Source of the DNA: a virus
Taxonomy: Duplodnaviria > Caudoviricetes
IMG/VR virus record: IMGVR_UViG_3300027975_000015
Span: 1 to 24,011 of that record
Length of the DNA stretch: 24,011 bases
Direction: 5' to 3' (one strand)
Shown: one piece after another, positions 1 to 7,187 of the stretch
Position numbering within the stretch: the stretch's first letter is position 1
Layout: each line of letters begins with the position of its first letter
Program-made: the position numbers and the translations under genes
The notes under the pieces: model-generated
The model's input: the letters and a program-made list of their open reading frames with translations, nothing else
The model's database searches: none
What the model was told of the DNA's origin: nothing

Positions 1-1130
1 TTAGACGGCTTGTTGTTGTGTGAAACTACAAAGCCCTCAGGCTTCGATGGGCGACCTTCAATAGAGTGTCCGTATGTGCTGTGTGACGACAATGCGTGTA
101 CGAGGGAATTCTTTGCTTCTCCGACATGATGATGCGCTGAGAAAAGGTGCTCAAAGTCTTGCTTGTGTAGATGTACGTCTGCAACTTTGCCATTGCCACG
201 ATCAATATGCGCCTGCTTTGCCTTTGCGGTCTTTACGCTCCCCGATGCCTTTTGATAGTGTGCCTGTAGATGCTTTTTGTACCCCTCTACTGAAGGGCTC
301 GTCCCAGCAACAACGTTTTTGTTGACGAATGTTTTTAGGTGTTCTGTGTGCTGCCCGATAGCAGCATGACCTTCTTTCGTGATTTTGGAATGATGCGTCA
401 TTGCTTTACGCATGTGGTGCAGATACTTATGCTGTGCTTCTGGTGAGTAGTGTGACTTCGCGCCCTCGACTTTTGGTTCGATCACATGCACGTCCTTGTG
501 CTTCTTGAATGCGTTTACTGGAGGATCGAAGTGCGCCTTCATGTCATGGAAACCAGTGCCCTTGTAGTGCGTATGAACCACCACCCCAACTTTAGCCTTA
601 CTGATTTTCCTACCTTCTTCACTACGCTTGTCTACAGAATAGGTGATTGTGTTCGGCTTGAAGTGGTGTGACTTTTCGGCTGGGTTGTTGGCAATGTCGT
701 GATGCGTGTACATCAGGTCGCCCTGAAAGACGCCAGATTTTGGAGTTGCTTTTGGTAGATGGTGTAGCGCAGCGTGCAGCTTTTGACGTAGCCCAGGAGA
801 CTCATGGTTCTTGTCAATGTCTGCGTGCGAGTGATTCAGCTTTGGATTCTTGGAGAATGCGGACTTGGTAGCGACGAAAAACTTGCCTGTATCTGGATGA
901 TGCCCGAACACAATGCTCGGCGAACCATCGTACTTCGTTGTGACTGAGGTGTGCTTGTCTGACTTGCCTGACGCCAGATGCGAATGAACGGCATCTAGGG
1001 TCCGTACTGCATGGTGGAATCCGTTCTCGCCTGCATTGATCAGGTGATCTTCGGGATGCTCTAGGTGGCGGAGCTTGCCATCATCGGCACCTTCACACAG
1101 AAACTCGGTATAGGTGAAATCAAGATCCAT
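1..1130 (-). CDS. Conserved T4-like phage protein (DUF6267-like), His-rich, with ligase-like motifs; 3' end runs off the window
   Basis: Not in the ORF track because no stop codon lies in the window. Manual translation: MDLDFTYTEFLCEGADDGKLRHLEHPEDHLI...TTKYDGSPSIVFG...FFVATKS...VFQGDLMY...KPEGFVVSHNNKPSK. GGAG SD lies 5 nt upstream. The HLEH-ED and TTKxDG motifs are recalled from DUF6267 proteins of T4-like phages. Confidence 0.8.
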   Translation of the reverse strand, partial: MDLDFTYTEFLCEGADDGKLRHLEHPEDHLINAGENGFHHAVRTLDAVHSHLASGKSDKHTSVTTKYDGSPSIVFGHHPDTGKFFVATKSAFSKNPKLNHSHADIDKNHESPGLRQKLHAALHHLPKATPKSGVFQGDLMYTHHDIANNPAEKSHHFKPNTITYSVDKRSEEGRKISKAKVGVVVHTHYKGTGFHDMKAHFDPPVNAFKKHKDVHVIEPKVEGAKSHYSPEAQHKYLHHMRKAMTHHSKITKEGHAAIGQHTEHLKTFVNKNVVAGTSPSVEGYKKHLQAHYQKASGSVKTAKAKQAHIDRGNGKVADVHLHKQDFEHLFSAHHHVGEAKNSLVHALSSHSTYGHSIEGRPSKPEGFVVSHNNKPS

Positions 1131-1133
1131 TGA

Positions 1134-1196
1134 TGCTCCAAGAGTTGGAGCAAAGGAAGGTAGAGCTTACGCCCTAAACCACTCTCACATGCTCCA
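1134..1196 (-). promoter_or_regulatory. RBS-sequestering hairpin with an alternative anti-sequester pairing
   Basis: The minus-strand hairpin UGCUCCAA-CUC-UUGGAGCA (1152-1134) contains the GGAG SD of the downstream gene. A second UGGAGCA (1196-1190) can pair with the 5' arm instead. Confidence 0.45.
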
Positions 1197-1208
1197 TCTA
1201 ATCAAAAA

Positions 1209-1454
1209 CTACGAACAGTTTGTTGCAGCCTGCAACTTGCCTATATGCTTGTGCATTGTCTCTACTAGAGTCGTCAAAACTACTATCTCAGCCTGTAGCA
1301 ACAGAATTCTATCTACAATGGCCCTTTTTTCCACCATTGTTAGCGGTACTCCGTACTCTTGCTCAAGGCTTTCTTTCGATGCTGGGCCTTGAGCAGATAC
1401 AGATACCGCAATACACAATAGGAAAACAGCAAGCTTACTTGAGTAGTGTTTCAT
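1209..1454 (-). CDS. Hypothetical protein with signal peptide-like N-terminus
   Basis: 81 aa. Hydrophobic LAVFLLCIAVSVSA segment; overlaps the upstream gene on the coding strand. Confidence 0.6.
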   Translation of the reverse strand: MKHYSSKLAVFLLCIAVSVSAQGPASKESLEQEYGVPLTMVEKRAIVDRILLLQAEIVVLTTLVETMHKHIGKLQAATNCS

Positions 1455-1641
1455 AGTGGTCCATAGTTAGCGTTTCGTCCTTTGATAACGAAATTGCCTT
1501 CTCGGCCACTTTGTGTAGGTCCATATCAGTCTTTGCATCCTCACGCGCCCATTCCAAAAGGCGGATGAACAGAGGAACATTCAGGTGAATGCAATCCCCC
1601 TCTGCCTGGGATTCGGTGTATAGTTGCGCGAACGTTTTCAT
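1435..1641 (-). CDS. Hypothetical late protein (possible head-internal protein)
   Basis: 68 aa. Starts MKTFAQLYTE; ATAAATA late-promoter motif lies immediately upstream. Confidence 0.7.
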   Translation of the reverse strand: MKTFAQLYTESQAEGDCIHLNVPLFIRLLEWAREDAKTDMDLHKVAEKAISLSKDETLTMDHYETLLK

Positions 1642-1646
1642 CTTGT

Positions 1647-1653
1647 TATTTAT
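1647..1653 (-). promoter_or_regulatory. T4-like late promoter (ATAAATA)
   Basis: Intergenic GATAAATA on the minus strand, 5 nt before the ATG at 1641; matches the TATAAATA gp55-type consensus. Confidence 0.55.
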
Positions 1654-1659
1654 CGATCC

Positions 1660-2733
1660 TCATAGCTGGACGCCCAGTTTATCTTTGACAACATCCCAGC
1701 GGTGCTTGCTGCGGAAGTAGTAGCGATCATGGCTCTTGCCCATATTCTTGAGAGCAAACGTCGGTTTGCCAGTAGTATCTAGCCCCATCTTCAATACATT
1801 CAGGTCTTGGAATGTCGTCTGAATGAGTGGCGACACATCGAACTTGTCTGCCTTGTTAGCGTCTACTAACAACATCCCAAGCCCATAGACGATGTTGGTG
1901 GCTGTGTACTCCTTCTTTCCCTTGATGTAGTCGGTCTTCTCTTTGTCAGAAAGACGCAGGCGTGGAAGGACGTATTCGTCCATGAAAGTCTTATAGGACG
2001 AAGGACTTGACAGGCGCATCTTTGACAACACAGAGGTCTTTGAACCTTCCAGCACTCCTGCGTCAGACGCGAAGTTTATCCGTTTGAGTGCTGTGAGAAC
2101 GTTCCGTGACATGGTTGGCGGCAGCATGTTTGCCTTGATGAGGATTCCAACAGACGTTGCAATGCCTGCGAACATGCCCATCTTCGCCAGCTTCATCATT
2201 ACCTCGGCAGCGATCTTGGCTTGCGGAGGCACCTTACTCTTTTGGAGCAGCCGCTCTACTCGTTCGTTGATCAATGCAGGGGCAAGGGTATTCGATGTTC
2301 CACCAGCCACCTTTGCCGAGAAGCCCGTGTACTTTCCTTTCTTGCCGAGAAAGTAGTCGAACAGCTCGTAGTTAGAACGCACAGGGAAGACCACCTCATC
2401 GTAGTCCCCTGTCTTCAATAGATGGATAGGGCCTAGCACTTCGCCAAAATAGGACTTGACCACGTTCATGTCGATATGTTCCTTACCCACCTTGTAGAGT
2501 GTGTCAACCCGTTCTGGCTTTCTACCAGTCTGTGCGTATTCTGTCAGAGCCTCAAGGTAGTTCGTGAATGCAGGAGGCAACTTCGTCTTGTCGATTGCCT
2601 TGAGTACGAAATCGACATACTTGGCAGCAGGCATCGAAATGAACCGATCGGCTGGCTTTCGGACAAGTTGCGGTATGTCTACCGTCTTGATCGTCTTGAA
2701 CATCTCCGAAGGCTGAAGTACCGACTCTGCCAT
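1660..2733 (-). CDS. Hypothetical protein, possible PD-(D/E)xK nuclease-like fold
   Basis: 357 aa ORF with GGAG SD. The spacing of YFGEVLGP...NYELFDYF...FSAK resembles restriction-endonuclease-like active sites (weak inference). Confidence 0.75.
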   Translation of the reverse strand: MAESVLQPSEMFKTIKTVDIPQLVRKPADRFISMPAAKYVDFVLKAIDKTKLPPAFTNYLEALTEYAQTGRKPERVDTLYKVGKEHIDMNVVKSYFGEVLGPIHLLKTGDYDEVVFPVRSNYELFDYFLGKKGKYTGFSAKVAGGTSNTLAPALINERVERLLQKSKVPPQAKIAAEVMMKLAKMGMFAGIATSVGILIKANMLPPTMSRNVLTALKRINFASDAGVLEGSKTSVLSKMRLSSPSSYKTFMDEYVLPRLRLSDKEKTDYIKGKKEYTATNIVYGLGMLLVDANKADKFDVSPLIQTTFQDLNVLKMGLDTTGKPTFALKNMGKSHDRYYFRSKHRWDVVKDKLGVQL

Positions 2734-2745
2734 TGTTTTCTCCGC

Positions 2746-2772
2746 AAAAGGAAAGGGCCCGAAAGGGCCCTT
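2746..2772 (-). terminator. Intrinsic terminator
   Basis: AAGGGCCC-TTTC-GGGCCCTT hairpin followed by TCCTTTT on the minus strand, just after the stop at 2790. Confidence 0.6.
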
Positions 2773-2789
2773 GTGCTGCTATGTCGTGG

Positions 2790-3875
2790 TTACTTGAACA
2801 TATTGACCCACACATATTTAGACTGCTTAGAATAGGAGCATAGCCCCTTTCTTGCTTTTGCCGTGAACACTCCGTTCGGAAGATCCTTCCAGACCTTGCG
2901 ATAGTGTCTTGAGATTGACTCCACGCTGTTCGGCACTGCCTGCAGGTCTTCTGGCAACCAAGGGATTTCTGGAGACCCAACAACGTTGACACCTTGGCTT
3001 ACTGCGTCGGCTGCGACGATGTTGAACGTCTCGGAGAAGGTGACTTGGGTTACGATCTCCATCTTTGGAAGTAGGTCAAGAAAGTCTCCATGATCCATCC
3101 ATTGATGCTCGACCAGCGTATGCTGTCCATCCAGTCGCGCAAAGATGCCGCGCAGGTTATTCAGAATAGGCGAGGCATTACCTTCGACCCGAGTGCTGTT
3201 GATGTGGAAGCGCAGCTTTGCGTTTACGTCCTCTGCAAAGTCAATCGCGGCAAGCGCCTGATTCACATGATTCTTTAGGGGACGAATGGCCCCAAAGCAA
3301 CCGATATCGACCGTCCTGAACTTGGAAAACTTGTTCAGTACGTCACGACGCCAATCGAAGAATGGACCATCCTCTTCTAATGGGTAGTAGTTTGGCAGAT
3401 AGACCACCGAACCAGGCACCTTTGCGGCGCGTGCAAGGTTCTGGATGTCGTTCGCAGCATCCTTTGAGTTGCAAGCAACCGTGATACCACGACTCAGATA
3501 GTCAATCGTCCATCCAAATGCGATTCCCTCATTTGCAAGGAACTCAGACTTGGAATGATTGCGAACCATCCACCTAACCTTAGGGTGCAGCTTCGTCAAA
3601 ACTTCAAACTTCTCTGGGATCACCCAGTACGCCTCTACGATTACATGCGTAGGACGAAACTTTGTCACTTCGCGGTCGATGTGGTTATTGTCAAACACAT
3701 GAACCAACTTAGCCTCAATGCCCTCGTCATTGAGCATGTCAACAACGAATCGAACAGAGTTGTAAAGACCAGACGATAGGTGTCCACCGCTGTCACTATA
3801 GTTCCAGCAACCAGGCATACCCGCATCACGATGTTTAAGCACGAACAAGATTCTATTTCGTGAGTGGCAATGCAT
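2790..3875 (-). CDS. GT-B fold (GT4-like) glycosyltransferase
   Basis: 361 aa. IGCFGAIRPLKNH (R...K nucleotide-sugar motif) and TFSETFNIVAADAVSQGVNVVGS (E-x7-D/E motif); GAGG SD. Confidence 0.8.
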   Translation of the reverse strand: MHCHSRNRILFVLKHRDAGMPGCWNYSDSGGHLSSGLYNSVRFVVDMLNDEGIEAKLVHVFDNNHIDREVTKFRPTHVIVEAYWVIPEKFEVLTKLHPKVRWMVRNHSKSEFLANEGIAFGWTIDYLSRGITVACNSKDAANDIQNLARAAKVPGSVVYLPNYYPLEEDGPFFDWRRDVLNKFSKFRTVDIGCFGAIRPLKNHVNQALAAIDFAEDVNAKLRFHINSTRVEGNASPILNNLRGIFARLDGQHTLVEHQWMDHGDFLDLLPKMEIVTQVTFSETFNIVAADAVSQGVNVVGSPEIPWLPEDLQAVPNSVESISRHYRKVWKDLPNGVFTAKARKGLCSYSKQSKYVWVNMFK

Positions 3876-3921
3876 CTTAGTTTCCTCTTTGTTGTTATTC
3901 TTCTAGGGTGTGCTACACAGG

Positions 3922-3928
3922 TATTTAT
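3922..3928 (-). promoter_or_regulatory. T4-like late promoter (ATAAATA)
   Basis: CATAAATA lies directly downstream of a terminator and upstream of the glycosyltransferase gene. Confidence 0.55.
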
Positions 3929-3933
3929 GCCAC

Positions 3934-3961
3934 AAAAAAAGCCGCCCCGCGGCGGCTTTTT
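3934..3961. terminator. Intrinsic terminator (potentially bidirectional) after tRNA-Leu
   Basis: A7-GCCGCC-ccgc-GGCGGC-T5. Confidence 0.85.
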
Positions 3962-3968
3962 CTTTATT

Positions 3969-4045
3969 TGGTGCGAGTAGTGGGATTCGAACCCACACTT
4001 GAGGGATTTTAAGACCCTTGCCACTACCAATTGCGCTATACTCGC
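3969..4045 (-). tRNA. trnL: tRNA-Leu(UAA), short variable loop
   Basis: Acceptor GCGAGTA/TACTCGC, anticodon loop CT-TAA-AA, T-loop TTCGAAT, A73 plus encoded CCA; 77 nt. Confidence 0.93.
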
Positions 4046-4215
4046 AAGAAAGATGGCAAATGATGGAAGGCTTCAAGCAACGCGACACACGTCCATCCAA
4101 TCATAGATAGCAACCAGCCCTCTTTTACGTCCCCTGCTGTCGTCCGAAACTTGTATGCCGAATTGACGGCGAGATAGAGAGAAATTGCAACCATCAACCA
4201 ATGAATTGCAGACAT
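4036..4215 (-). CDS. Small membrane protein (59 aa)
   Basis: Manual translation MSAIHWLMVAISLYLAVNSAYKFRTTAGDVKEGWLLSMIGWTCVALLEAFHHLPSFLRV*. Two hydrophobic stretches; fills the gap between the tRNAs; the stop lies inside tRNA-Leu. Confidence 0.5.
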   Translation of the reverse strand: MSAIHWLMVAISLYLAVNSAYKFRTTAGDVKEGWLLSMIGWTCVALLEAFHHLPSFLRV

Positions 4216-4217
4216 AA

Positions 4218-4291
4218 TGGTGCCTCCTAAAGGAATCGAACCTTTGTAAACGACTTACGAGGCCGTTGTCCTACCACTGAACGAAAGAGGC
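4218..4291 (-). tRNA. trnT: tRNA-Thr(CGU)
   Basis: Acceptor GCCTCTT/GGAGGC, anticodon arm ACGGC-CT-CGT-AA-GTCGT, TTCGATT T-loop, CCA. Confidence 0.93.
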
Positions 4292-4299
4292 TTTGACAG

Positions 4300-4306
4300 T
4301 ATTTAG
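4300..4306 (-). promoter_or_regulatory. Possible late promoter (CTAAATA)
   Basis: CTAAATA 8 nt upstream of tRNA-Thr. Confidence 0.4.
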
Positions 4307-4470
4307 AATAGTTTGCCAACGCAGACCCCAGCGACGACGAGAGCAACGACGCCCACGCTCAACATCATCGGATCTCCATCTGCATTACCAATGAGCATAG
4401 CTCCAGAAAGGAACAGCATGGACGTAATCAACATACTGAACCACATCGGCACAATGATCGCAGCAGCCAT
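4303..4470 (-). CDS. Small membrane protein (55 aa)
   Basis: MAAAIIVPMWFSMLITSMLFLSGAMLIGNADGDPMMLSVGVVALVVAGVCVGKLF*; GGAGGT SD; two predicted TM helices. Confidence 0.65.
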   Translation of the reverse strand: MAAAIIVPMWFSMLITSMLFLSGAMLIGNADGDPMMLSVGVVALVVAGVCVGKLF

Positions 4471-4482
4471 ATGACCTCCAAG

Positions 4483-4500
4483 AAGGGGCCGAAGCCCCTT
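4483..4500 (-). terminator. UUCG hairpin (terminator or stabilising stem) after the DUF2828-like gene
   Basis: AAGGGGC-TTCG-GCCCCTT immediately after the stop at 4503; weak U tract. Confidence 0.55.
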
Positions 4501-4502
4501 TC

Positions 4503-5924
4503 TCAGATAGCGTACCGATCCACCATCACCGTGTCAAGCATGATGGCTTCTGGTGTGAAGCGGTCAAAGTCAGCCTTCAGTACCCCTTGCATTACTGCTG
4601 GCGAGAAGCCCGAAATCAAAGCCACCCCTTGATCGTTGAAACGTGCAGGCACGTTGTCATACGAGTTCAGGTTCCAGAACACGATCTTTGGAAGCTCATA
4701 ACCAGCAGCCTCGAATCGTGCGCGGGTAGCCTCAAGTGCCGATCCACCAAACTTCGCGCAGGCATCGAATTGCATGTCCGACAGAATCAACAGCATGGTC
4801 GGCATGTCCTTTGCAGGCACCGCAAACGTCTTTGCGTGCGAAAGAATCTTGTCCATCGCCTTCATCAGGTCGGTGTTCATCGCCCAGCTGGATTGAGCCA
4901 TTTGGTCGATCTTGGACAGAACATTCCCCTTCAGATGCAGCAACTCAGGCGAACCCGAGAAGGTCAAGAAGGTGTCCTTGAACGCGCCACGGTTCTTGTC
5001 AGCAACGTACAGACCCAAAGATACCGCCACTTCAAGGCACGATACCTTCGTAGGCGACTTCCCCGCACCAATTGGGCAAGTCATGGAACCCGAAACGTCA
5101 ACCATCGCCAGAACGTTGGTACCGTCCATGTAGTCAGGCAACGCTTCCCATTGCGACAGAATCACTTGTCCTTCAGCTTCGGACGGCGGGCGACCGTAAA
5201 CGCCCATCAACCCTTGCAGAACTTGGTACGGGAAAACAGCACCTGCATTCACCTTGTCCGTACCCTTTGCCAAACGTGCAGCATAGGCTTCGTATGCTTC
5301 CTTCGCGTTGCGATAGAAAGCACCCTTGTAGCGGGTCGATGCCAACGAAGGCAGCTTACCGAATTCGATCTTGTCCCATGCCTTCGCGCACATGAGAGTT
5401 TCAACCACGTTGGTCAGACCAACGAGAGTCTTGCGATATTGCTTTGGCGACATGCCCATGTACTCACGCAGGGCGATTGCGTCCTTACCCTTACGAGGCA
5501 TCCACTTCGCTGCCAGGCCGTCACCAGCCAGAAGCGCCATGTGGATGAACGCGAACGCTTCTTCGCGAAGCTTTTCGTCATAACGAAACACCAGCAGGTC
5601 ATCCCAACGACCAACTTCTGGAGTCTTGTACATCAGCGCCCTTGCGGCAGCTGGGTCGCGCACTTCCAGATATTGGAGAATGTCGCGGTAGATTTGACGT
5701 TCGCCAGCACCACCACGAACGTCACGGGCCCATTGCGCGAGGCGCAATGCGACTTCGCGGTTTTCTTGCAAAGCCTTTGCGAACAAAGGCGTCACATCGC
5801 GACCGCGGGAAGCGCCGATCTGGTAGAACAGGTCTACAGTGGCCTTCAACGAACCAACGAATGCCTCCATGCCGTTGGTGGTAGTGGTACGTTCTGCACC
5901 GACATTGGTGACAAAAGTGTTCAT
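4503..5924 (-). CDS. DUF2828-family protein (TROVE/Ro60-like helical domain + vWA domain)
   Basis: Motifs DLFYQIGASRG, RDVRGGAGER, GRWDDL and AAKWMPR; vWA MIDAS DVSGSM, LILSDMQFD, IVFWNL. AAGGAG SD at 5931-5936 favours the ATG at 5924. Confidence 0.88.
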   Translation of the reverse strand: MNTFVTNVGAERTTTTNGMEAFVGSLKATVDLFYQIGASRGRDVTPLFAKALQENREVALRLAQWARDVRGGAGERQIYRDILQYLEVRDPAAARALMYKTPEVGRWDDLLVFRYDEKLREEAFAFIHMALLAGDGLAAKWMPRKGKDAIALREYMGMSPKQYRKTLVGLTNVVETLMCAKAWDKIEFGKLPSLASTRYKGAFYRNAKEAYEAYAARLAKGTDKVNAGAVFPYQVLQGLMGVYGRPPSEAEGQVILSQWEALPDYMDGTNVLAMVDVSGSMTCPIGAGKSPTKVSCLEVAVSLGLYVADKNRGAFKDTFLTFSGSPELLHLKGNVLSKIDQMAQSSWAMNTDLMKAMDKILSHAKTFAVPAKDMPTMLLILSDMQFDACAKFGGSALEATRARFEAAGYELPKIVFWNLNSYDNVPARFNDQGVALISGFSPAVMQGVLKADFDRFTPEAIMLDTVMVDRYAI

Positions 5925-5942
5925 CATCATCTCCTTCATGTT

Positions 5943-6011
5943 AACGGAATCGCGCCTTTCGGCTATGGTTTCTTGTTAAGAGAAAGTTTGGTTGTTTGCT
6001 GAAACGATTCC
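5943..6011 (-). ncRNA. Structured repeat RNA unit 3 (Y-RNA-like candidate)
   Basis: 7-bp stem GGAAUCG/CGAUUCC, then UUUCAGCAA; internal GCC-GAAA-GGC hairpin; 3' GUU. Confidence 0.65.
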
Positions 6012-6021
6012 ACTTGTTTGT

Positions 6022-6075
6022 AACAGGCTAGCACGTTTAACGTCCGCCGACCTTTTGGGTTGCTGAATCTAGCCT
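6022..6075 (-). ncRNA. Structured repeat RNA unit 2 (Y-RNA-like candidate)
   Basis: 7-bp stem AGGCUAG/CUAGCCU, then AUUCAGCAA; 3' GUU. Confidence 0.65.
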
Positions 6076-6093
6076 AAAACACTACAGAACAAA

Positions 6094-6213
6094 AACGGGA
6101 TAGGGGGTCTGTCTTGATAGACGGGTCCAGTACCCGTGGTCCGTTGCTCAAAATGGGAGGTTGTACGTCCCCGCGGCAACGTCATGGCTTTGTTAGATTG
6201 CTGAAACTATCCC
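6094..6213 (-). ncRNA. Structured repeat RNA unit 1 (Y-RNA-like candidate)
   Basis: 7-bp stem GGGAUAG/CUAUCCC, then UUUCAGCAA; internal stems CGUUGC/GCAACG and ACGGGU/ACCCGU; 3' GUU. Confidence 0.65.
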
Positions 6214-6234
6214 TTTGTCTCACTCAAGATTCCT

Positions 6235-6262
6235 ATTATAGCACCTTTTGGAATCTTGTCAA
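6235..6262 (-). promoter_or_regulatory. Sigma70-type promoter for the repeat-RNA/DUF2828 transcript
   Basis: TTGACA-16 nt-TATAAT with TG extended -10; overlapped by a 9-bp inverted repeat CAAGATTCC/GGAATCTTG (6225-6258). Confidence 0.8.
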
Positions 6263-6271
6263 TCGGTAAAT

Positions 6272-6649
6272 CTAACGCAGTCCTTCTTGTCTTGCCTTTC
6301 GCCTTAACACCTGGCGAGAAGGAATGTCTGCTGGCCGCACCAGTTGAGTCGGGTGACTCGGATTCGGCACAAATGCTGGGGAGACGAATCCTCGCTTATT
6401 GCGTCGTGCGATTTCTCGCTTACCTTGATGGGCAGCCCGTTGCTCATATTGCTTAGGCTTATACCACGCCCGCGCCGGAAGGTTCAATGCGCCCAGATCA
6501 AACAGGATCTTCTCCGCCATGTTGCCGATGATGGGCTTCACTACCTTCTTGCTCATTTCCTCGACGGCTGCATTGTTGCCGTCAATGATTTCTTCGGTAG
6601 TCACAACTTCACTCGCCTCTACTTTATTTTCATTATCCATGCGCCCCAT
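6272..6649 (-). CDS. Hypothetical protein (acidic N-terminus, basic C-terminus)
   Basis: 125 aa ORF on the coding strand, overlapping the upstream gene; the start may be at MDNENK. Confidence 0.65.
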   Translation of the reverse strand: MGRMDNENKVEASEVVTTEEIIDGNNAAVEEMSKKVVKPIIGNMAEKILFDLGALNLPARAWYKPKQYEQRAAHQGKREIARRNKRGFVSPAFVPNPSHPTQLVRPADIPSRQVLRRKARQEGLR

Positions 6650-7182
6650 CCTTCAGTTTTATGTAGCATGATATCGTGTGCAGCAACGAAGGCATTCGTA
6701 ACTTCCGTAGCCCCATCGCACCCATTTGCACCATAGTCATCCAATACCATGATGCCACCTTTGACTAATCTAGGCCAGATGAAATCTAAACAGCCGTGAT
6801 ACGCGAGCCCAGAGTCAACGTCAATATGCGCCAATCTGATTTGCGAACCCTCTAGACCAAAAAACGTATTTGGAATGATGCCTTCATGGATACACACATT
6901 GTCATGTGCATCCTGCAAGGCGCGGATCGCCTCAAATTCTGCCTCTGTTATCGCGAAACGGCCGTGCAGTTTCGGTTCGTCACCGATCCTTGGAATCCCG
7001 CCACCGAAAGTGTCGAACAAACGCAGCGTGGTAGGGCCGATGATCTTTAGCAACTCCATTGCCGAACCACCACGATAGACACCACACTCCCAAACTTCTC
7101 CGTCTAGGTGATTGGTGCCGATAGCAGACATCCTTAGTCGGGCAAGTTGTTCAGAACCGCAGATTGATTTCATCATGTTCAA
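6619..7182 (-). CDS. TylF/MycF/NovP-family O-methyltransferase
   Basis: Motifs GEVWECGVYRGGS, LFDTFGG, AHIDVD, LVKGGIMVLDDYG; start possibly 7176. Confidence 0.85.
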   Translation of the reverse strand: MNMMKSICGSEQLARLRMSAIGTNHLDGEVWECGVYRGGSAMELLKIIGPTTLRLFDTFGGGIPRIGDEPKLHGRFAITEAEFEAIRALQDAHDNVCIHEGIIPNTFFGLEGSQIRLAHIDVDSGLAYHGCLDFIWPRLVKGGIMVLDDYGANGCDGATEVTNAFVAAHDIMLHKTEGWGAWIMKIK

Positions 7183-7187
7183 AAAGG

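Noticed and set aside
74-871. Three short plus-strand ORFs
   Set aside because: Antisense to the long open minus-strand frame 1..1130 that the ORF track omitted.
4587-6002. 471-aa plus-strand ORF
   Set aside because: Antisense shadow of the DUF2828-like gene: no recognisable motifs, and it would run into the RNA array.
5943-6213. Possible CRISPR mini-array
   Set aside because: The shared sequence is only about 9 nt, unit lengths are irregular, conservation is structural, and no cas genes are present in the window.
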